This document shows positions 20,659 to 32,648 of a stretch of 64,000 bases of DNA, piece after piece. The notes below the pieces were generated by a model that saw only the letters and a program-made list of their open reading frames with translations, did no database searches and was not told the DNA's origin. The position numbers and the translations under genes are program-made. How positions within the stretch are numbered: position 1 is the stretch's first letter; each line of letters starts with the position of its first letter. Source of the stretch: Candidatus Velthaea sp. (GTDB taxonomy: Bacteria; Vulcanimicrobiota; Vulcanimicrobiia; Vulcanimicrobiales; Vulcanimicrobiaceae); the NCBI GenBank assembly GCA_965214935.1, contig CBDCCS010000022.1, positions 640,001-704,000 of the forward strand. Reading direction: 5' to 3'.

Positions 20659-20859
20659 TTAACTGCGCGATTCCGCTTCGGCGCCCTCGCTTGCGCGTTG
20701 CCGAAAATACATGCCGCGGGTTTGCGGATTGGGACCAGTGCCTTTTGCGTACGCCTGCAGCGCGGCGGAATACTCCGCATTTTGCTCCGCTATTTTGAGT
20801 TGCGGCCACCGACGATTGCGAACGGGTTGGGGCGGGGGAACACGTTTCTTTGCTGCCAT
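20659..20859 (-). CDS. Small basic hypothetical protein (66 aa)
   Basis: MAAKKRVPPPQPVRNRRWPQLK...; fills the gap downstream of the co-oriented DUF4097 gene. Confidence 0.4.
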   Translation of the reverse strand: MAAKKRVPPPQPVRNRRWPQLKIAEQNAEYSAALQAYAKGTGPNPQTRGMYFRQRASEGAEAESRS

Positions 20860-20904
20860 GTCGTCATCTGCCGCGCCATCTCGGCGGTTTCCCGCACTAT
20901 GCAC

Positions 20905-21747
20905 TCAACGAACCAAAACGATATCGCCGTCGTCCGATCGCACGCCGAGGCGTCCGCGGCCCGCGCCGATACGCACGGCGCGAGTCGAAACCGCCGGCTC
21001 CGTCAAGCCGGCGACCCGAATACTGCCGTTACTTGATTCGGCGTTGACAAGCGTGTCGGCGCCGGTTGCGAATGCCAGGCTGATCCGGCCGCCGCTGCTT
21101 TCAACGCTACCGTCACGGACTTGTAAGGCCGTACCCTCGATGCGCCCGCTATCGCTTTTTACATCGAGACGCCGGGCGGCCACCGCGAGCAAATCGATGC
21201 GACCTCGTCCGGCTTCGATGTGGAGCGCGGGCACGGCGCTATACTCGACCGTGACGTTGCCGTTTTCGGAGTCGAATGCCGCGTCGGCCCGCAGGCCGCT
21301 CGCAGTGATATCACCGGCACTAACGACGGTCACCCGCGTAGCAGGCGGAACGACGATGATTACCCTGCGATCGTCGCCGGTCGACCAGCGCTCGCGTTCC
21401 GCAGCGTCGATTTCGACGGCGTTACCGGCCCGGCGCGCCGAGATCGTTCCGGTCGCCTGAAACGGCCGTGCCGTCCTGCTCTTACTCAATGACACGTCAA
21501 GCCGGTCTGAATCGCCCGTCGCGATACGCAGATCGGCGTTGCCGATATCGACGGTCAACGCCGGATTCGCCGCAACCTCGAAGCGCGACCTCGGAGCGCC
21601 TTCAACGAGTACTCCAAGCCCCCGATCGCCGGCAATCGCCGGCGCGTTCGACGCGGACGAATCTCCACGGAGCGCAAGGATCCCTTCGCAGGCGATAGCG
21701 ACTTCGATCAACACCAGTGCGGCGATGAGCGCGGGGCGCGGGATCAT
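20905..21747 (-). CDS. DUF4097/adhesin-like beta-strand repeat protein
   Basis: N-terminal TM, I.VP...V.V, repeated S..G.I units, C-terminal S.DGDI. Confidence 0.8.
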   Translation of the reverse strand: MIPRPALIAALVLIEVAIACEGILALRGDSSASNAPAIAGDRGLGVLVEGAPRSRFEVAANPALTVDIGNADLRIATGDSDRLDVSLSKSRTARPFQATGTISARRAGNAVEIDAAERERWSTGDDRRVIIVVPPATRVTVVSAGDITASGLRADAAFDSENGNVTVEYSAVPALHIEAGRGRIDLLAVAARRLDVKSDSGRIEGTALQVRDGSVESSGGRISLAFATGADTLVNAESSNGSIRVAGLTEPAVSTRAVRIGAGRGRLGVRSDDGDIVLVR

Positions 21748-22121
21748 AGCTCATGTACGGCCGGGCCGCGCCCGAAGTTTCGCTGCCCTCGAGCCGCTCC
21801 GTGTATTGCCGAAGCGACCGAGCAACAACGGATCGACTCAGTTCAAAAATGCCGGCAGCGCGGCATTGAACTCCGGCGCGTGCGTTGCACCGACATACCG
21901 CCAGTACGGGCAAATCGTCCGCTATCGATGAAACGACCTGCACTGGAACGCAGCAGTTGCAGCGCGCGCCTATGGCCGGCGTTCTGGCGTGCCGTGTTCC
22001 TCGGTTTGCGTTCCTGCATCTGGGTACACGCAGGTCTGGCGAATGCGCGGTCGCCGTCGCAACGGTGCAGCGCAAAGAACTTCATGAAGCTCGATCTGAG
22101 GTGAAAAACGTGACGCAAACG

Positions 22122-23012
22122 ATGAACCAATTTACGATGCAAGATCCGCGCACGCAGTATCCCCAGCCGAAGTTCGAGGACCAGCCGCAATCGGCGCCGG
22201 GCCTCGCGCAAGAGATGGTTCCCAAGCCCGATCACGGCGAGCAGAGCTATCAGGGATCCGGGCGGTTGTCCGGCCGGCGTGCGGTCATCACCGGCGCCGA
22301 TAGCGGAATCGGTCGCGCCGTTGCAATCGCGTTTGCGCGCGAAGGAGCGGACGTTGCGCTAAACTTCTTGCCTGACGAAGAGCCGGATGCACGCGAAGTC
22401 GTCGCCCTTGTCGAGAAAGCGGGACGCAAAGCCGTCGCAATCCCCGGTGACATCACCGACGAGCGGTTCTGCAACGAACTCATACACAACGCCGATGCGG
22501 CGCTCGGCGGAATCGATATACTCGTGAACGTCGCCGGTAAGCAAACGAACGTCAAAGACATCGCCGATCTTACGACCGAACAGTTCGAGGCGACGTTCCG
22601 CACCAACGTCTATGCGATGTTCTGGCTCTGCAAAGCTGCAATAGCCGTGATGCCGCCGGGTTCGACGATCGTCAATACCACGTCGATTCAAGGCTATCAG
22701 CCCTCACCGGGATTGCTCGATTACGCATCGACCAAAGCAGCCATCACGGCATTCACGCATGCGTTGGCAAAACAAGTCGTCGAGAAAGGCATTCGCGTCA
22801 ACGCGGTTGCGCCGGGTCCGGTTTGGACGCCCTTACAGCCCAGCGGCGGACAGCCGGAAGATAAGATCCCCGACTTCGGCTCCAAAGTGCCGATGAAGCG
22901 ACCGGGACAGCCGGCCGAACTTGCTCCGATTTATGTCTTGCTCGCGTCACAAGAATCGAGTTTCGTGACGGGCGAAGTGTACGGTGTTACCGGAGGCAAT
23001 CACTTGCCTTGA
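22122..23012 (+). CDS. SDR oxidoreductase, YghA-like (general stress)
   Basis: [20 protein letters not shown], YxxxK (YASTK), [11 protein letters not shown]. Confidence 0.92.
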   Translation: MNQFTMQDPRTQYPQPKFEDQPQSAPGLAQEMVPKPDHGEQSYQGSGRLSGRRAVITGADSGIGRAVAIAFAREGADVALNFLPDEEPDAREVVALVEKAGRKAVAIPGDITDERFCNELIHNADAALGGIDILVNVAGKQTNVKDIADLTTEQFEATFRTNVYAMFWLCKAAIAVMPPGSTIVNTTSIQGYQPSPGLLDYASTKAAITAFTHALAKQVVEKGIRVNAVAPGPVWTPLQPSGGQPEDKIPDFGSKVPMKRPGQPAELAPIYVLLASQESSFVTGEVYGVTGGNHLP

Positions 23013-24793
23013 GTGCGGATGGGATCCGCAGCGCCGATTGGTTGCCGCTGCGTCAGTACGCTGCACTCGGGGACGGGCGCAGCGTCGCACTCGTGGGCGC
23101 AGATGGATCGATCGACTGGTGGTGCGTTCCGAATCTCGATAGCATGCCGCTTTTAGACCGGCTGCTGGACGGTGAAAGCGGCGGGCGTTTTTCGATAACG
23201 CCCGCTCAAGCGTATACGGTCGAACGCAACTATCGGCCGGATAGCAACGTCCTCGAACAGATTTTTTCGACATCGAACGGTCGCGCGCGCGTGACCGACT
23301 CACTCAATAGCGGCATTTCCGGGCGGCTGCCGTGGAGTGAATTGGCGCGCCGGATCGAAGGACTCGCGGGCAGCGTCGAATTTAAAATCGAAGCGCTTGT
23401 CGGGCGTCGTTTGAATCAGGCAACGTCGTGGCGCGAGCCAAGCCCGCATGGTGATGTGCTGCACGTCGACGGGGTCGTCACTGCCATACGCAGCACCGAC
23501 GGCCTCGAAGCGGTCGAACGTTTCGATCGCGGCTTAACGGCAAGGGTAAAGACGTATCCCGCTTCGCGCAGTACCGTCGCCGTGCTCGCGTCGACGCATC
23601 AACCGCTCATTCTTCCACCCGTACACGATGTCGATGCACGCATCGACCGTTCCGACCGGTCGTGGCGCGAGTGGGCAAACAATCTTCGTGTCGACGGCCC
23701 CTATGCGTCCGACGTTCGACGCAGCGCGCTCGCTTTGAAGCTGCTGCTTTTTTCACCGAGCGGCGCGATTGCCGCCGCGGCCAGCACGTCGCTGCCCGAG
23801 CGGCTCGGCGGCGACAAGAATTATGACTACCGGTATGCTTGGGTGCGCGACGTGGCGTATTCGATCAAAGCGTTTCTGCGGGTCGGCGCGACCGAAGAAG
23901 CAACAGCGGCGTTCGGCTGGCTGACGGCTACAATTCGACGGCACGCCGGCCGGTTGTGCACGATGTACCGGCTCGACGGCGAGCTTACTCCCGACGAACG
24001 GACGCTCGAAATGCCGGGTTATGCACAGAGTTCGCCGGTTCGCGAAGGTAACCGGGCGCGCGACCAATTGCAACTCGGTATTTACGGCGACATCCTGGAG
24101 ACCGCGGCGCTTTTCGTCAGCGAGGGGCACGTACTCGACCTCGTCACGCGCCGGCTGCTCGCCGACATCACCGATCGTTGTGCGGATCTCTGGCACCAAC
24201 GCGATGCGGGCATTTGGGAATTGCTCGAAATCGAACATTACACGATGTCGAAAATGGGCTGCTGGACGGCACTCGATCGCGCGGTGGTCCTTGCGCATCA
24301 GGGTCAGCTCGACAGCAGTCACGTCGAGCGCTGGGAGCGTGAACGCGACAGAATCCGCGATTGGATCGACGCTCATTGCTGGTCGGACGAAAAGCAATCG
24401 TATACGCTGCATCCGCAAACGCAGCGGCTCGACGCATCGCTGTTGCTGGCAACGCGGTTTGGTTTCGAACGACGGGATCGGCTTGCGCTAACCCGTGAGG
24501 CCGTGCGCCGTGAATTAAGTCGCGGACCGCTGGTCTACCGGTATTCCGGCATGCAGGATGAGGAGGGTACGTTCATCGCTTGCGGCTTTTGGCTGGTCGA
24601 AGCGTATGCACTGCTCGGCGACGTGCCGTCGGCAATCCAACAAATGGATGCGATGCTGACGGCGTGCAACGTGAATCTCGGCTTACTCAACGAACAGCTC
24701 GATGCGCGCACCGGCGAAATGCTCGGCAATATGCCGCAAGCGCTAAGCCATCTTGCCCTCATTCATGCCGCGGCGGCGATCTCGGAACGTTAG
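23009..24793 (+). CDS. Glycoside hydrolase family 15 (glucoamylase/trehalase-like)
   Basis: [49 protein letters not shown]. Confidence 0.92.
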   Translation: MSADGIRSADWLPLRQYAALGDGRSVALVGADGSIDWWCVPNLDSMPLLDRLLDGESGGRFSITPAQAYTVERNYRPDSNVLEQIFSTSNGRARVTDSLNSGISGRLPWSELARRIEGLAGSVEFKIEALVGRRLNQATSWREPSPHGDVLHVDGVVTAIRSTDGLEAVERFDRGLTARVKTYPASRSTVAVLASTHQPLILPPVHDVDARIDRSDRSWREWANNLRVDGPYASDVRRSALALKLLLFSPSGAIAAAASTSLPERLGGDKNYDYRYAWVRDVAYSIKAFLRVGATEEATAAFGWLTATIRRHAGRLCTMYRLDGELTPDERTLEMPGYAQSSPVREGNRARDQLQLGIYGDILETAALFVSEGHVLDLVTRRLLADITDRCADLWHQRDAGIWELLEIEHYTMSKMGCWTALDRAVVLAHQGQLDSSHVERWERERDRIRDWIDAHCWSDEKQSYTLHPQTQRLDASLLLATRFGFERRDRLALTREAVRRELSRGPLVYRYSGMQDEEGTFIACGFWLVEAYALLGDVPSAIQQMDAMLTACNVNLGLLNEQLDARTGEMLGNMPQALSHLALIHAAAAISER

Positions 24794-24922
24794 TCTTCGA
24801 CGCTTCCCAAACACATGCTTCGTTTTGCAGCCATCTGACCGGCGTGCAACCACGGGCGATGAAAGTTGTATTGAAGATTGCAATTCGCCATTCAATCAGG
24901 GCGAAAATTAGAGGACGCGTGT

Positions 24923-25585
24923 ATGAACATCGGTATCATCGGCTCGGGCAATATCGGCAGCGCGCTCGCGCATCGCTTCACCGCCGCCGGACATTCGGTC
25001 GCAATTGCGAATTCGCGCGGACCGCAAACGCTCACCGATCTCGCTGCCGAGACCGGCGCAACGGCCGTCTCCGTCGTTGAAGCTGCACGCGATAAGGACG
25101 TGGTGGTCGTTACAATCCCTCAGAAGAACATCCCGCAATTGCCCGACGGCTTGTTCGACGCGACGAGTCGCACGATCGTCATCGACACCGGCAACTATTA
25201 TCCGCAGCAGCGGGACGGCCGCATCGAAGCAATTGAGAACGGAACGACCGAAAGCAGCTGGGTCGCGCAACAACTCGGACGGCCGGTAATTAAAGCCTTT
25301 AATAACATTTATGCCAAGCATCTCTTAGAGAATGGACGGCCTTCAGGCACCGCCGGGCGCATTGCTTTGCCGATCGCCGGTGACGACGCGGCAGCACTCG
25401 CGGTTGTGGCCAAGTTGATCGATGAAATCGGCTTCGATAGCGTCGAAACGCACGGACTCGATCAGTCGTGGCGCCAGCAACCCGGAACGCCGGTGTACGG
25501 GGCGGATCTCGACATGGCCGGCACGCGTCGGGCACTCGCTGAGGCGAGCGAGGTACGCACGCCGGAATGGCGCGCGGCGGCATGA
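24923..25585 (+). CDS. NADP oxidoreductase, F420-dependent family
   Basis: GAGG RBS, IGIIGSGNIG, ANSRGP, DTGNYYP, KAFN, SWRQQPGTP. Confidence 0.9.
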   Translation: MNIGIIGSGNIGSALAHRFTAAGHSVAIANSRGPQTLTDLAAETGATAVSVVEAARDKDVVVVTIPQKNIPQLPDGLFDATSRTIVIDTGNYYPQQRDGRIEAIENGTTESSWVAQQLGRPVIKAFNNIYAKHLLENGRPSGTAGRIALPIAGDDAAALAVVAKLIDEIGFDSVETHGLDQSWRQQPGTPVYGADLDMAGTRRALAEASEVRTPEWRAAA

Positions 25586-25766
25586 TTCAAGCGACGGTCC
25601 GACCGAATTGCAGCCTATAACGAGCAGCCTAACGACGTATTCTTACCGCTAAAACGAATCAGCCGAGAAACCGATAGCCGTTGGTGAACGCACTTATCGG
25701 CAAATCATAGCGCGTTGCATTGCATCAAGCCGTCCACGTCATCTTTGACGCGACGTGAAAGAGCGC

Positions 25767-26387
25767 ATGACCGCGAATTTGCTGCAGCAGCCCGGGCACG
25801 ACGATTCGATTCTCGAAGCACTTCGTTCGGCGACGCGGACCGCACATCGACGCATCGAGGCGTCGGCGCCGATGCGCCGCCTTCTCGGTGACGGCGTATG
25901 TTTAAGCGACTACATCGCACATCTGCGCCGATTACTGGGATTTTACGAACCGTTTGAAGCGGCGCTGGCCGCCGTCGGCTCGGATGTACCTCGTTATCGC
26001 TGCGCGAATCGAAGCGGGTTGTTGAAGCTCGACCTTCAGCGTTTGAAGATTTCAACGCACGCCCGGGATCTGCCGCGTTGCAGTATCGCACCGATCGACC
26101 CTGCCGGAGTCGCCGGGGCGATGTACGTGCATGCAGGCGCGGCGCTCGGTGGTCAGCTCATAGCGCGCCATTTGAAGGCTACACTGCACCTTTCGCAACC
26201 GTTTGCTTTCTACCGTGAAGACGGTGCGCGAACGAGCCGCGATTGGAAAGCCTTCTGCGATTCGCTGGCCGCCCTCGATGCCGATCGCACCGCGACGGTG
26301 TGCTCAACGGCGGTCGCAACATTCTCGGCATTCGAATCCTGGATGTTCGTTCGTGGAGCTCGTTCGGAGGAAGTTTATGATGCCTGA
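25767..26387 (+). CDS. bphO: Biliverdin-producing heme oxygenase
   Basis: LR.AT...H..IE proximal His, G.MYV..GA.LGG.LI; overlaps the start of the bacteriophytochrome gene. Confidence 0.82.
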   Translation: MTANLLQQPGHDDSILEALRSATRTAHRRIEASAPMRRLLGDGVCLSDYIAHLRRLLGFYEPFEAALAAVGSDVPRYRCANRSGLLKLDLQRLKISTHARDLPRCSIAPIDPAGVAGAMYVHAGAALGGQLIARHLKATLHLSQPFAFYREDGARTSRDWKAFCDSLAALDADRTATVCSTAVATFSAFESWMFVRGARSEEVYDA

Positions 26388-29241
26388 GGCGACGGTTGTA
26401 TCGGGCGGCGTCGCTTCCTGCGAGAGCGAGCCCATTCATATTCCCGGCTCGATTCAGCCACATGGCGTCCTGTTGGCCGTCGAACCGCTGACGTGGCTCA
26501 TTACGCACGCTTCGCAGAACGCAGCGGCCGTGCTGGGCCGCAGCGCGGCGAGCCTCATCGGTGTATCGCCCGCGCTAATTCTGGGCGACGACATTGCACG
26601 CACCATCAACGCGGCGTTCAGCTCGGGTTCTTCGGACACCGGTTATTGTCGTGTTGCCGGCAGCGCCGGCAAACAAAGCATGGAATGCAGTTACTCGCGC
26701 TATCGCAGCTCGTATCTCATCGAACTTACCCCGGACCAGGAAGCGGATTCGCTCGATCTCATCGACATGTCGCTCACGCTACAAGCGCCGTTGTCACGTA
26801 TGGAACGCACGACGACCATCGAAGAGCTCATGCAAGTTGCCGCTACGGAGATCCGCGGCATCAACGGCTTCGACCGGGTGATGATATACCGCTTCGATGA
26901 GGATTGGCACGGTGTGGTCTTAGCCGAGGATGTCGGCGAACGCTTACCGGTCGACTATCTCGGCTTGCACTTCCCGGCCGGTGACATCCCGCCGCAAGCG
27001 CGCGACTTGTATCTGATCAATACTTTGCGCTTGATTCCGGACATCGAATACGTTCCGGTACCGATTTGCTCGCAAACGACAACACCGCTCGACTTGTCGC
27101 GCTCCGAATTACGCAACGTATCGCCGGTTCATTTGCAATACCTCCGCAACATCGGCGTGCGCTCAACCTTGACCGTTTCAGTTGTCGTACGCGGCCGGCT
27201 TTGGGGACTCGTTGCTTGCCATCACATTTCACCGCGCTATCTCAAACATGCGATTCGCTCGACATGCAGCTTCTTCGCGCAGATGTTGGCGCTCAAGCTA
27301 ACGGCAAGAATCGAACATACCGAACTAGCCCGGCGCTTAGAAGCAAACGAGGCGCTGGCAAAATTTGTTGCCGATCTCGATTCGACAAAGTCGCTGTTCG
27401 ACGCGCTCGGTCGCAGTTGGCATCATTTGCTTCCGATCTTCGCGGCCGACGCGTTATACGTGGGGACACCGGACGGCTCGATCGTTTACGGCTCGACCCT
27501 AACGCCGGGCGAACTCGAGCCCGCGCTTGCAGTGCTGCAAGCTCAGGCCGATGGCGGCATCGCGTCGTCTTCTGCGCTTTACCGGCTGTCGTCCGATTTC
27601 CGCGCCTTTGCCGGCGACGTCAGCGGCGTTTTGTTCATTCGCATGTCGGCAGACGACTGTTGTATCGCGCTGCTGCGCCGGGAAATGCGCGCTAGCGTTA
27701 CTTGGGCGGGCGATCCCACGAAGTCGACGACCGTTAGCGCCGAAACCGGCTATCTTTCGCCCCGCGCCTCGTTTGCCGCCTGGGAACAAGTCACGCACGG
27801 TGAAAGCGATCGCTGGTCGGCGGGCGATCTTGTCAATGCGGCAAGCTTACGCGACCTGCTCGTTCACTGGCAACATGCCGGCGACGAGATCCGGGTGTTC
27901 GCGCATTACGATGCGCTGACGGAATTACCGAGCCGGCGACTCGTGCACGAGTTGCTCAAGCGCGCGATCGCCGATGCCGCCGCGCAAAACGGTTCGGTCG
28001 GCCTGCTGTTCATCGATGTCGATCGCTTTAAGCGCTTTAACGACCGGCTCGGACATTCCGTCGGCGATCGCGTGCTGCGTTCCGTCGCGTCGCGCATCTC
28101 CCGGGCGGTGCGCGAAAACGACATCGTGGGCCGGCTCGGCGGCGACGAGTTCGTCGTCGTCATGCCGGCGGTCGCCGACCGCAACGTCGCGCAGAGCGTC
28201 GCCCAGCGGCTGCTCGACGAGATTTCACAGCCGCTACCGGGACTCGAAGGACACGACCTGCGGGTTACGGTGAGTATCGGGATCAGTCATTATCCGCTCG
28301 ACGGAACGACGAGCGAAGCGTTGTTGAGTAGCGCAGATGCCGCAATGTACTTCGTCAAGAAAAACGGACGCAGCGCGTGGGAGTCCTATGAGACGGCACG
28401 CGCCGGTGCAAGTGACGCAGCCGAACGCGTCAGCGTCGTAGCTCAGGCACTCGAACGCGGCGAAATCGTGCCGCATTTTCAACCGATCGTCGATCTGATC
28501 AGCGGTCAGATCGTCGCCTTTGAAGCCCTCGCACGGTGGAATCATCCAATTAACGGAGTCGTCGGACCCGCCGCGTTCATCGAAGCCGCTGAAGAGTCGG
28601 GGCTCATTCTTGGGCTCGGCGAGCGAATACTCGATCTTGCTTGCCGGCAAGTTAGTCAATGGCGAAAAACCTGGGCCCCGCTCGTACGTGTTGCCGTAAA
28701 CGTGTCGCCGCGGCAGCTGCGTGATTTCGGTTTCGTGCAGATGGTCCGGCAGACACTCGAACGCCATGCGTTGTCGGCCGACGCTCTCGAACTCGAGATC
28801 ACCGAAGGAATGATGGTCGGCGACGGTTCGCAGAGCATCACGGCGCTGCGCGAACTCGCGGACGCCGGCGTTCGAATCGCCATCGACGATTTCGGCACCG
28901 GCTATTCATCGTTTAATTATCTACGGCGATTGCCGGTAAAGTCGCTAAAGATCGACCAAAGCTTCGTTGCGGAACTCAGCTCCGATCAGACGCGGGAGAG
29001 CGGAGCAGCGATCATCCTCGCAATTGTTTCCGTCGCCAAGAGTTTAAGTCTCGAAGTGATTGCCGAGGGTGTTGAGACGCCCGAACAACTCGCCATGCTA
29101 CGCGCGCTTGGATGTGACTGGGCTCAAGGTTACCTTCTTAGCCGCCCGCACACAGCCGCGGCCTTTTCAACGTTGCTTCTCGACTTGCCGAACGTCGAGA
29201 AGTCTCAGTCCGAACGCGTGCTGCTCTCGAAAACACCGTAA
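26377..29241 (+). CDS. Bacteriophytochrome (PAS-GAF-PHY) with GGDEF-EAL output
   Basis: N-terminal Cys in [39 protein letters not shown] and PRASF tongue; REND I-site plus [23 protein letters not shown]. Confidence 0.95.
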   Translation: MMPEATVVSGGVASCESEPIHIPGSIQPHGVLLAVEPLTWLITHASQNAAAVLGRSAASLIGVSPALILGDDIARTINAAFSSGSSDTGYCRVAGSAGKQSMECSYSRYRSSYLIELTPDQEADSLDLIDMSLTLQAPLSRMERTTTIEELMQVAATEIRGINGFDRVMIYRFDEDWHGVVLAEDVGERLPVDYLGLHFPAGDIPPQARDLYLINTLRLIPDIEYVPVPICSQTTTPLDLSRSELRNVSPVHLQYLRNIGVRSTLTVSVVVRGRLWGLVACHHISPRYLKHAIRSTCSFFAQMLALKLTARIEHTELARRLEANEALAKFVADLDSTKSLFDALGRSWHHLLPIFAADALYVGTPDGSIVYGSTLTPGELEPALAVLQAQADGGIASSSALYRLSSDFRAFAGDVSGVLFIRMSADDCCIALLRREMRASVTWAGDPTKSTTVSAETGYLSPRASFAAWEQVTHGESDRWSAGDLVNAASLRDLLVHWQHAGDEIRVFAHYDALTELPSRRLVHELLKRAIADAAAQNGSVGLLFIDVDRFKRFNDRLGHSVGDRVLRSVASRISRAVRENDIVGRLGGDEFVVVMPAVADRNVAQSVAQRLLDEISQPLPGLEGHDLRVTVSIGISHYPLDGTTSEALLSSADAAMYFVKKNGRSAWESYETARAGASDAAERVSVVAQALERGEIVPHFQPIVDLISGQIVAFEALARWNHPINGVVGPAAFIEAAEESGLILGLGERILDLACRQVSQWRKTWAPLVRVAVNVSPRQLRDFGFVQMVRQTLERHALSADALELEITEGMMVGDGSQSITALRELADAGVRIAIDDFGTGYSSFNYLRRLPVKSLKIDQSFVAELSSDQTRESGAAIILAIVSVAKSLSLEVIAEGVETPEQLAMLRALGCDWAQGYLLSRPHTAAAFSTLLLDLPNVEKSQSERVLLSKTP

Positions 29242-29345
29242 TCGTACGCGTGCGCCGCGGGCGCGTCACGTGCGTCCGCTGTCGAAGCGGGAGAGGACGG
29301 CAACGGGCAGCAGAGTGACGAAGCCTCGCAAGCGAAAAGCACGCC

Positions 29346-29684
29346 ATGAGCGACTTTTCAACGTACGAGCAACGCATCTACCACGCCATGCCGGGCCGCA
29401 TGTCCGACCTCTTACAGCGCTTCGATCGAGTGACGCTGCCGATTTGGAAGCGCATCGGCATTCGCCAAGCGGGCTTCTGGACGATCGAGATCGGTGGATC
29501 GAATCACGACCTCGTCTATTTGTTGCACTGGAACTCGATGGCGGAACGCGAGCAACTTTGGACGGCCTTTATAAGCGATCCGGAGTGGCTGGAAAAGCGC
29601 GCAAAAACTGAAGAATCTGGGCCTTTGATCAGCTCGCTGAGCAACGCATTTCTCAAACCGACCCCCTTTTCGGCCGTTCAGTAA
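29346..29684 (+). CDS. NIPSNAP family protein
   Basis: YEQRIY..PG, GFW, L.YLL.W.S.AERE..W.AF..DPEW, L.PT.FS. Confidence 0.9.
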   Translation: MSDFSTYEQRIYHAMPGRMSDLLQRFDRVTLPIWKRIGIRQAGFWTIEIGGSNHDLVYLLHWNSMAEREQLWTAFISDPEWLEKRAKTEESGPLISSLSNAFLKPTPFSAVQ

Positions 29685-29832
29685 GCGGTCATCTCTTTGC
29701 TGCCTGATGCGCGCGCGGTGTCAAGCCGGTCGAAGGGGGGGCGCTGCGGTTAGGAAGAATTATTGCTCGCGCAGCGGCTATTGCGCCAAGATTATTCCCT
29801 TACAAACGGCAATCGTTAGCTAGGAGATCGGC

Positions 29833-31110
29833 ATGGACCGTACGCTTATTACGAACGTTAACGTTTGGGACGGCACCGGTAGCGACCCGTATCCCGCTGA
29901 AGTGCTCGTCGAGGGCAATCGGATCTCGAAAATTGCGAAGCGTGGCGAGCGCATCGAACGCGAAGGTTGGGTTGCGCTCGACGGTCGGGGCGGCACGCTC
30001 ATGCCGGGTCTGGTCGAAGGGCACGCCCATCCGTCCTTCGCGCATACGGCAACGCTTTCGGCAGTCGGCGAAATACCGCCCGAAGAGCATACGCTCATCA
30101 CGATGTACAACGCGCGCAAGATGCTCGATGCCGGCTTCACCAGCATTTTTTGCGCTGCATCGGCGAAGCCGCGCCTCGATGTGGTTATTCGGAACGAGAT
30201 CGAGGCGGGCCGCCTCGTCGGCCCGCGCATGCGTGCAGCGAGTCCCGAGATTACCGTGACCGGAGGTTTAGGTGACGAACGGTTGCGGCATCTTCACCGC
30301 GAGTCGTTCGCGCTGATTGCCGACGGGGTTGAAAGCGTGCAGCGGATCGTCCGTGAAGTGTGCCGCGACGGCGTCGATACGGTGAAAATCAATATCTCCG
30401 GCGACGATTTCGTGCCGAACTGCAAAGGCGAGCAGACCGTTATGAGCGATGCGGAAATCGCGATGGCGGTCGAGACCGCGCACAGCTTCGATCGGCGCAC
30501 GGCATCGCATTCGCGATCGTCGCAAGCCGTCAAGAAAGCCGTCAAGCACGGCGTCGACGTGATCTATCACTGCGAGTTCGCCGATGAGTCGGCACTCGAC
30601 GCACTTGAATCCGTCAAAGACAAAATCTTCGTCGGGCCGGCTATCGGCATTCTGCATAATTCGAGCTTCGAGGGCTCGGAATGGGGCATTACGAGCGCTG
30701 TTGCGGAGCAAATCGGCGTGCGGCGCGCATTCGATACTGCGTGCGAAACGTACCACAAGATTCGCGCACGCGGCATTCGAGTTGTGATCGGTGGCGACTA
30801 CGGCTTCGCCTGGACCCCGATCGGCACGAACGCGCGCGACATCGCGCACTTTGTAACTTTCTTCGGTTATTCACCGTCCGAGGCGTTAATTGCCGCGACG
30901 AAGACCGGCGGCGAACTCATGGGATACCCGGGTGAACTCGGCCTGATCGCACCGGGAGCCTTTGCCGACCTGCTCGTCGTCGAAGGAAACCCGTTGCACG
31001 ACGTGACGTTACTCGCCGACCACTCAAAACTCAAGGCGATTATGAAAGACGGAACGCTGTACAAAAATACGCTGCAGCCGGCGCAGACAGAGGTTGCGGT
31101 TAGCGCCTAA
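29833..31110 (+). CDS. Metal-dependent amidohydrolase (Xaa-Pro dipeptidase-like)
   Basis: GGAG RBS, MPGLVEGHAH (HxH), AGFT, D.VK, GGDYG, G...G.FADL. Confidence 0.9.
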   Translation: MDRTLITNVNVWDGTGSDPYPAEVLVEGNRISKIAKRGERIEREGWVALDGRGGTLMPGLVEGHAHPSFAHTATLSAVGEIPPEEHTLITMYNARKMLDAGFTSIFCAASAKPRLDVVIRNEIEAGRLVGPRMRAASPEITVTGGLGDERLRHLHRESFALIADGVESVQRIVREVCRDGVDTVKINISGDDFVPNCKGEQTVMSDAEIAMAVETAHSFDRRTASHSRSSQAVKKAVKHGVDVIYHCEFADESALDALESVKDKIFVGPAIGILHNSSFEGSEWGITSAVAEQIGVRRAFDTACETYHKIRARGIRVVIGGDYGFAWTPIGTNARDIAHFVTFFGYSPSEALIAATKTGGELMGYPGELGLIAPGAFADLLVVEGNPLHDVTLLADHSKLKAIMKDGTLYKNTLQPAQTEVAVSA

Positions 31111-31119
31111 CAGCCGCGG

Positions 31120-32640
31120 ATGCCGTTGCTTGAAGTCCGCGATGTCGAAAAGCGATTTCCCGGCGTGCGCGCGCTACGATCGGTCAGCCTCAGCATCGAG
31201 GCCGGCAGCGTGCACGCTCTCGTCGGCGAAAACGGCGCCGGCAAGTCGACGCTCGTTAAAATAATTTCCGGCGCTCAACGGCCGGACGGTGGTCAGCTGA
31301 GCTTCGCGGACCGCCGCTTAACGGAGTTCACTCCGGCGGCCGCCGCCGATGCCGGCATCGCCGTCGTGTATCAGCGTCAGCAACTTGTCCCGAGTCTCTC
31401 GGCGGCCGAGAATATTCTACTCGGACGGCAGCCTTCGCGATTCGGCGGTCTGGCGGTCTCGTTCCGCGAGACGTTGCGAATCGCATCGCAACTCTTGCAG
31501 CGCCTGCGCGTCGACTTCGATCCGGCGCTGCCGGTGCGGCGGCTATCGCCGGCGCAACAACAAGAAGTCGCCATTGCCAAAGCTCTCTATCGCAAGGCCC
31601 GGTTGCTAATTCTCGACGAGCCGACGGCGGCACTCGATCCCGAACAGATCGAGCGCCTTTTCGCGCTGATTCGCGACCTGACGGCGCAGGGCGTTTCGAT
31701 CTTGTACATCTCCCACCATCTCGAAGAAGTTTTCGCGCTTTCCGATACGATTACGGTCTTGCGCGACGGTGCCGTCGTAACGACGCAGCCGGTGCAAACG
31801 CTGACTCAAAACGGCGTCGTCGCAATGATGGCGGGGCGCTCCGAGAAGCCGGCCGGCGATGCACCGGCGATGCCAGCCGGTAACGGCATCGTTGGTGGTG
31901 CAGATGTCGCGCTCGAAATTACCGATCTTGCCGCCCGGCCCGGTTTGCGCGGCGTCACCTTCAAGCTGCGGCGCGGCGAAGTCTTGGGGATTACCGGAAT
32001 CATTGGTTCCGGCGGTCACGACGTAGCCCAACTTTTGTTCGGACTTCGGCAGCCGTCGGGCGGCAGCATGCGGCTCGAAAACGCATCGTATACGCCGCGC
32101 AATCCCCGCGAAGCGATCCGCCGCGGTGTTTTCTTGCTGCCGGAAAATCCCGGTCGCGACGGGCTCGTCGGCCGGCTTTCGGTCGCTCAAAATGTTACAT
32201 TGATCGACTTGCGCGCGATTACGCGTTGGGGTTTACTCGATCTCGGCCGCGAGCGCGCTGTTGCGCGCGATTACGTGCAACGGCTGCACGTCGCGACGTC
32301 GAGCGTCGAGCGTGAAGTTCGCACGCTCAGCGGCGGAAACCAACAGAAGGTGCTGCTGGCCAAAGGTCTGCAAGGCCGCGCGCGGCTGCTGCTGCTCGAA
32401 GAACCGACGCAGGGTGTCGACGTCAATGCAAAAGCGGAGATCCATACGATCGTCCGCGACTTTGCGGCCGCCGGCGCGAGCGTGATTGCGGTGTCGACAG
32501 ATATCCGGGATCTGCTTTTATTCGCCGACCGCATTCTCGTTCTTCGCGGCGGGACGGTCGCGGGTGAATGCGTCTCCCATTCGTCCGACTATGCGTCGAT
32601 TCTCAATCTGACCCTCGGCAGTCTCGAGTACGGCACGTAG
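31120..32640 (+). CDS. Monosaccharide ABC transporter ATP-binding protein (RbsA-like, two domains)
   Basis: GENGAGKS, LDEPT, ISH, LSGGNQQK. Confidence 0.93.
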   Translation: MPLLEVRDVEKRFPGVRALRSVSLSIEAGSVHALVGENGAGKSTLVKIISGAQRPDGGQLSFADRRLTEFTPAAAADAGIAVVYQRQQLVPSLSAAENILLGRQPSRFGGLAVSFRETLRIASQLLQRLRVDFDPALPVRRLSPAQQQEVAIAKALYRKARLLILDEPTAALDPEQIERLFALIRDLTAQGVSILYISHHLEEVFALSDTITVLRDGAVVTTQPVQTLTQNGVVAMMAGRSEKPAGDAPAMPAGNGIVGGADVALEITDLAARPGLRGVTFKLRRGEVLGITGIIGSGGHDVAQLLFGLRQPSGGSMRLENASYTPRNPREAIRRGVFLLPENPGRDGLVGRLSVAQNVTLIDLRAITRWGLLDLGRERAVARDYVQRLHVATSSVEREVRTLSGGNQQKVLLAKGLQGRARLLLLEEPTQGVDVNAKAEIHTIVRDFAAAGASVIAVSTDIRDLLLFADRILVLRGGTVAGECVSHSSDYASILNLTLGSLEYGT

Positions 32641-32648
32641 GCGCGACG

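Noticed and set aside
21838..21890. Minus-strand [19 protein letters not shown], resembling an alpha/beta hydrolase C-terminus
   Set aside because: Too short to support a call, and no upstream domain is recognisable.
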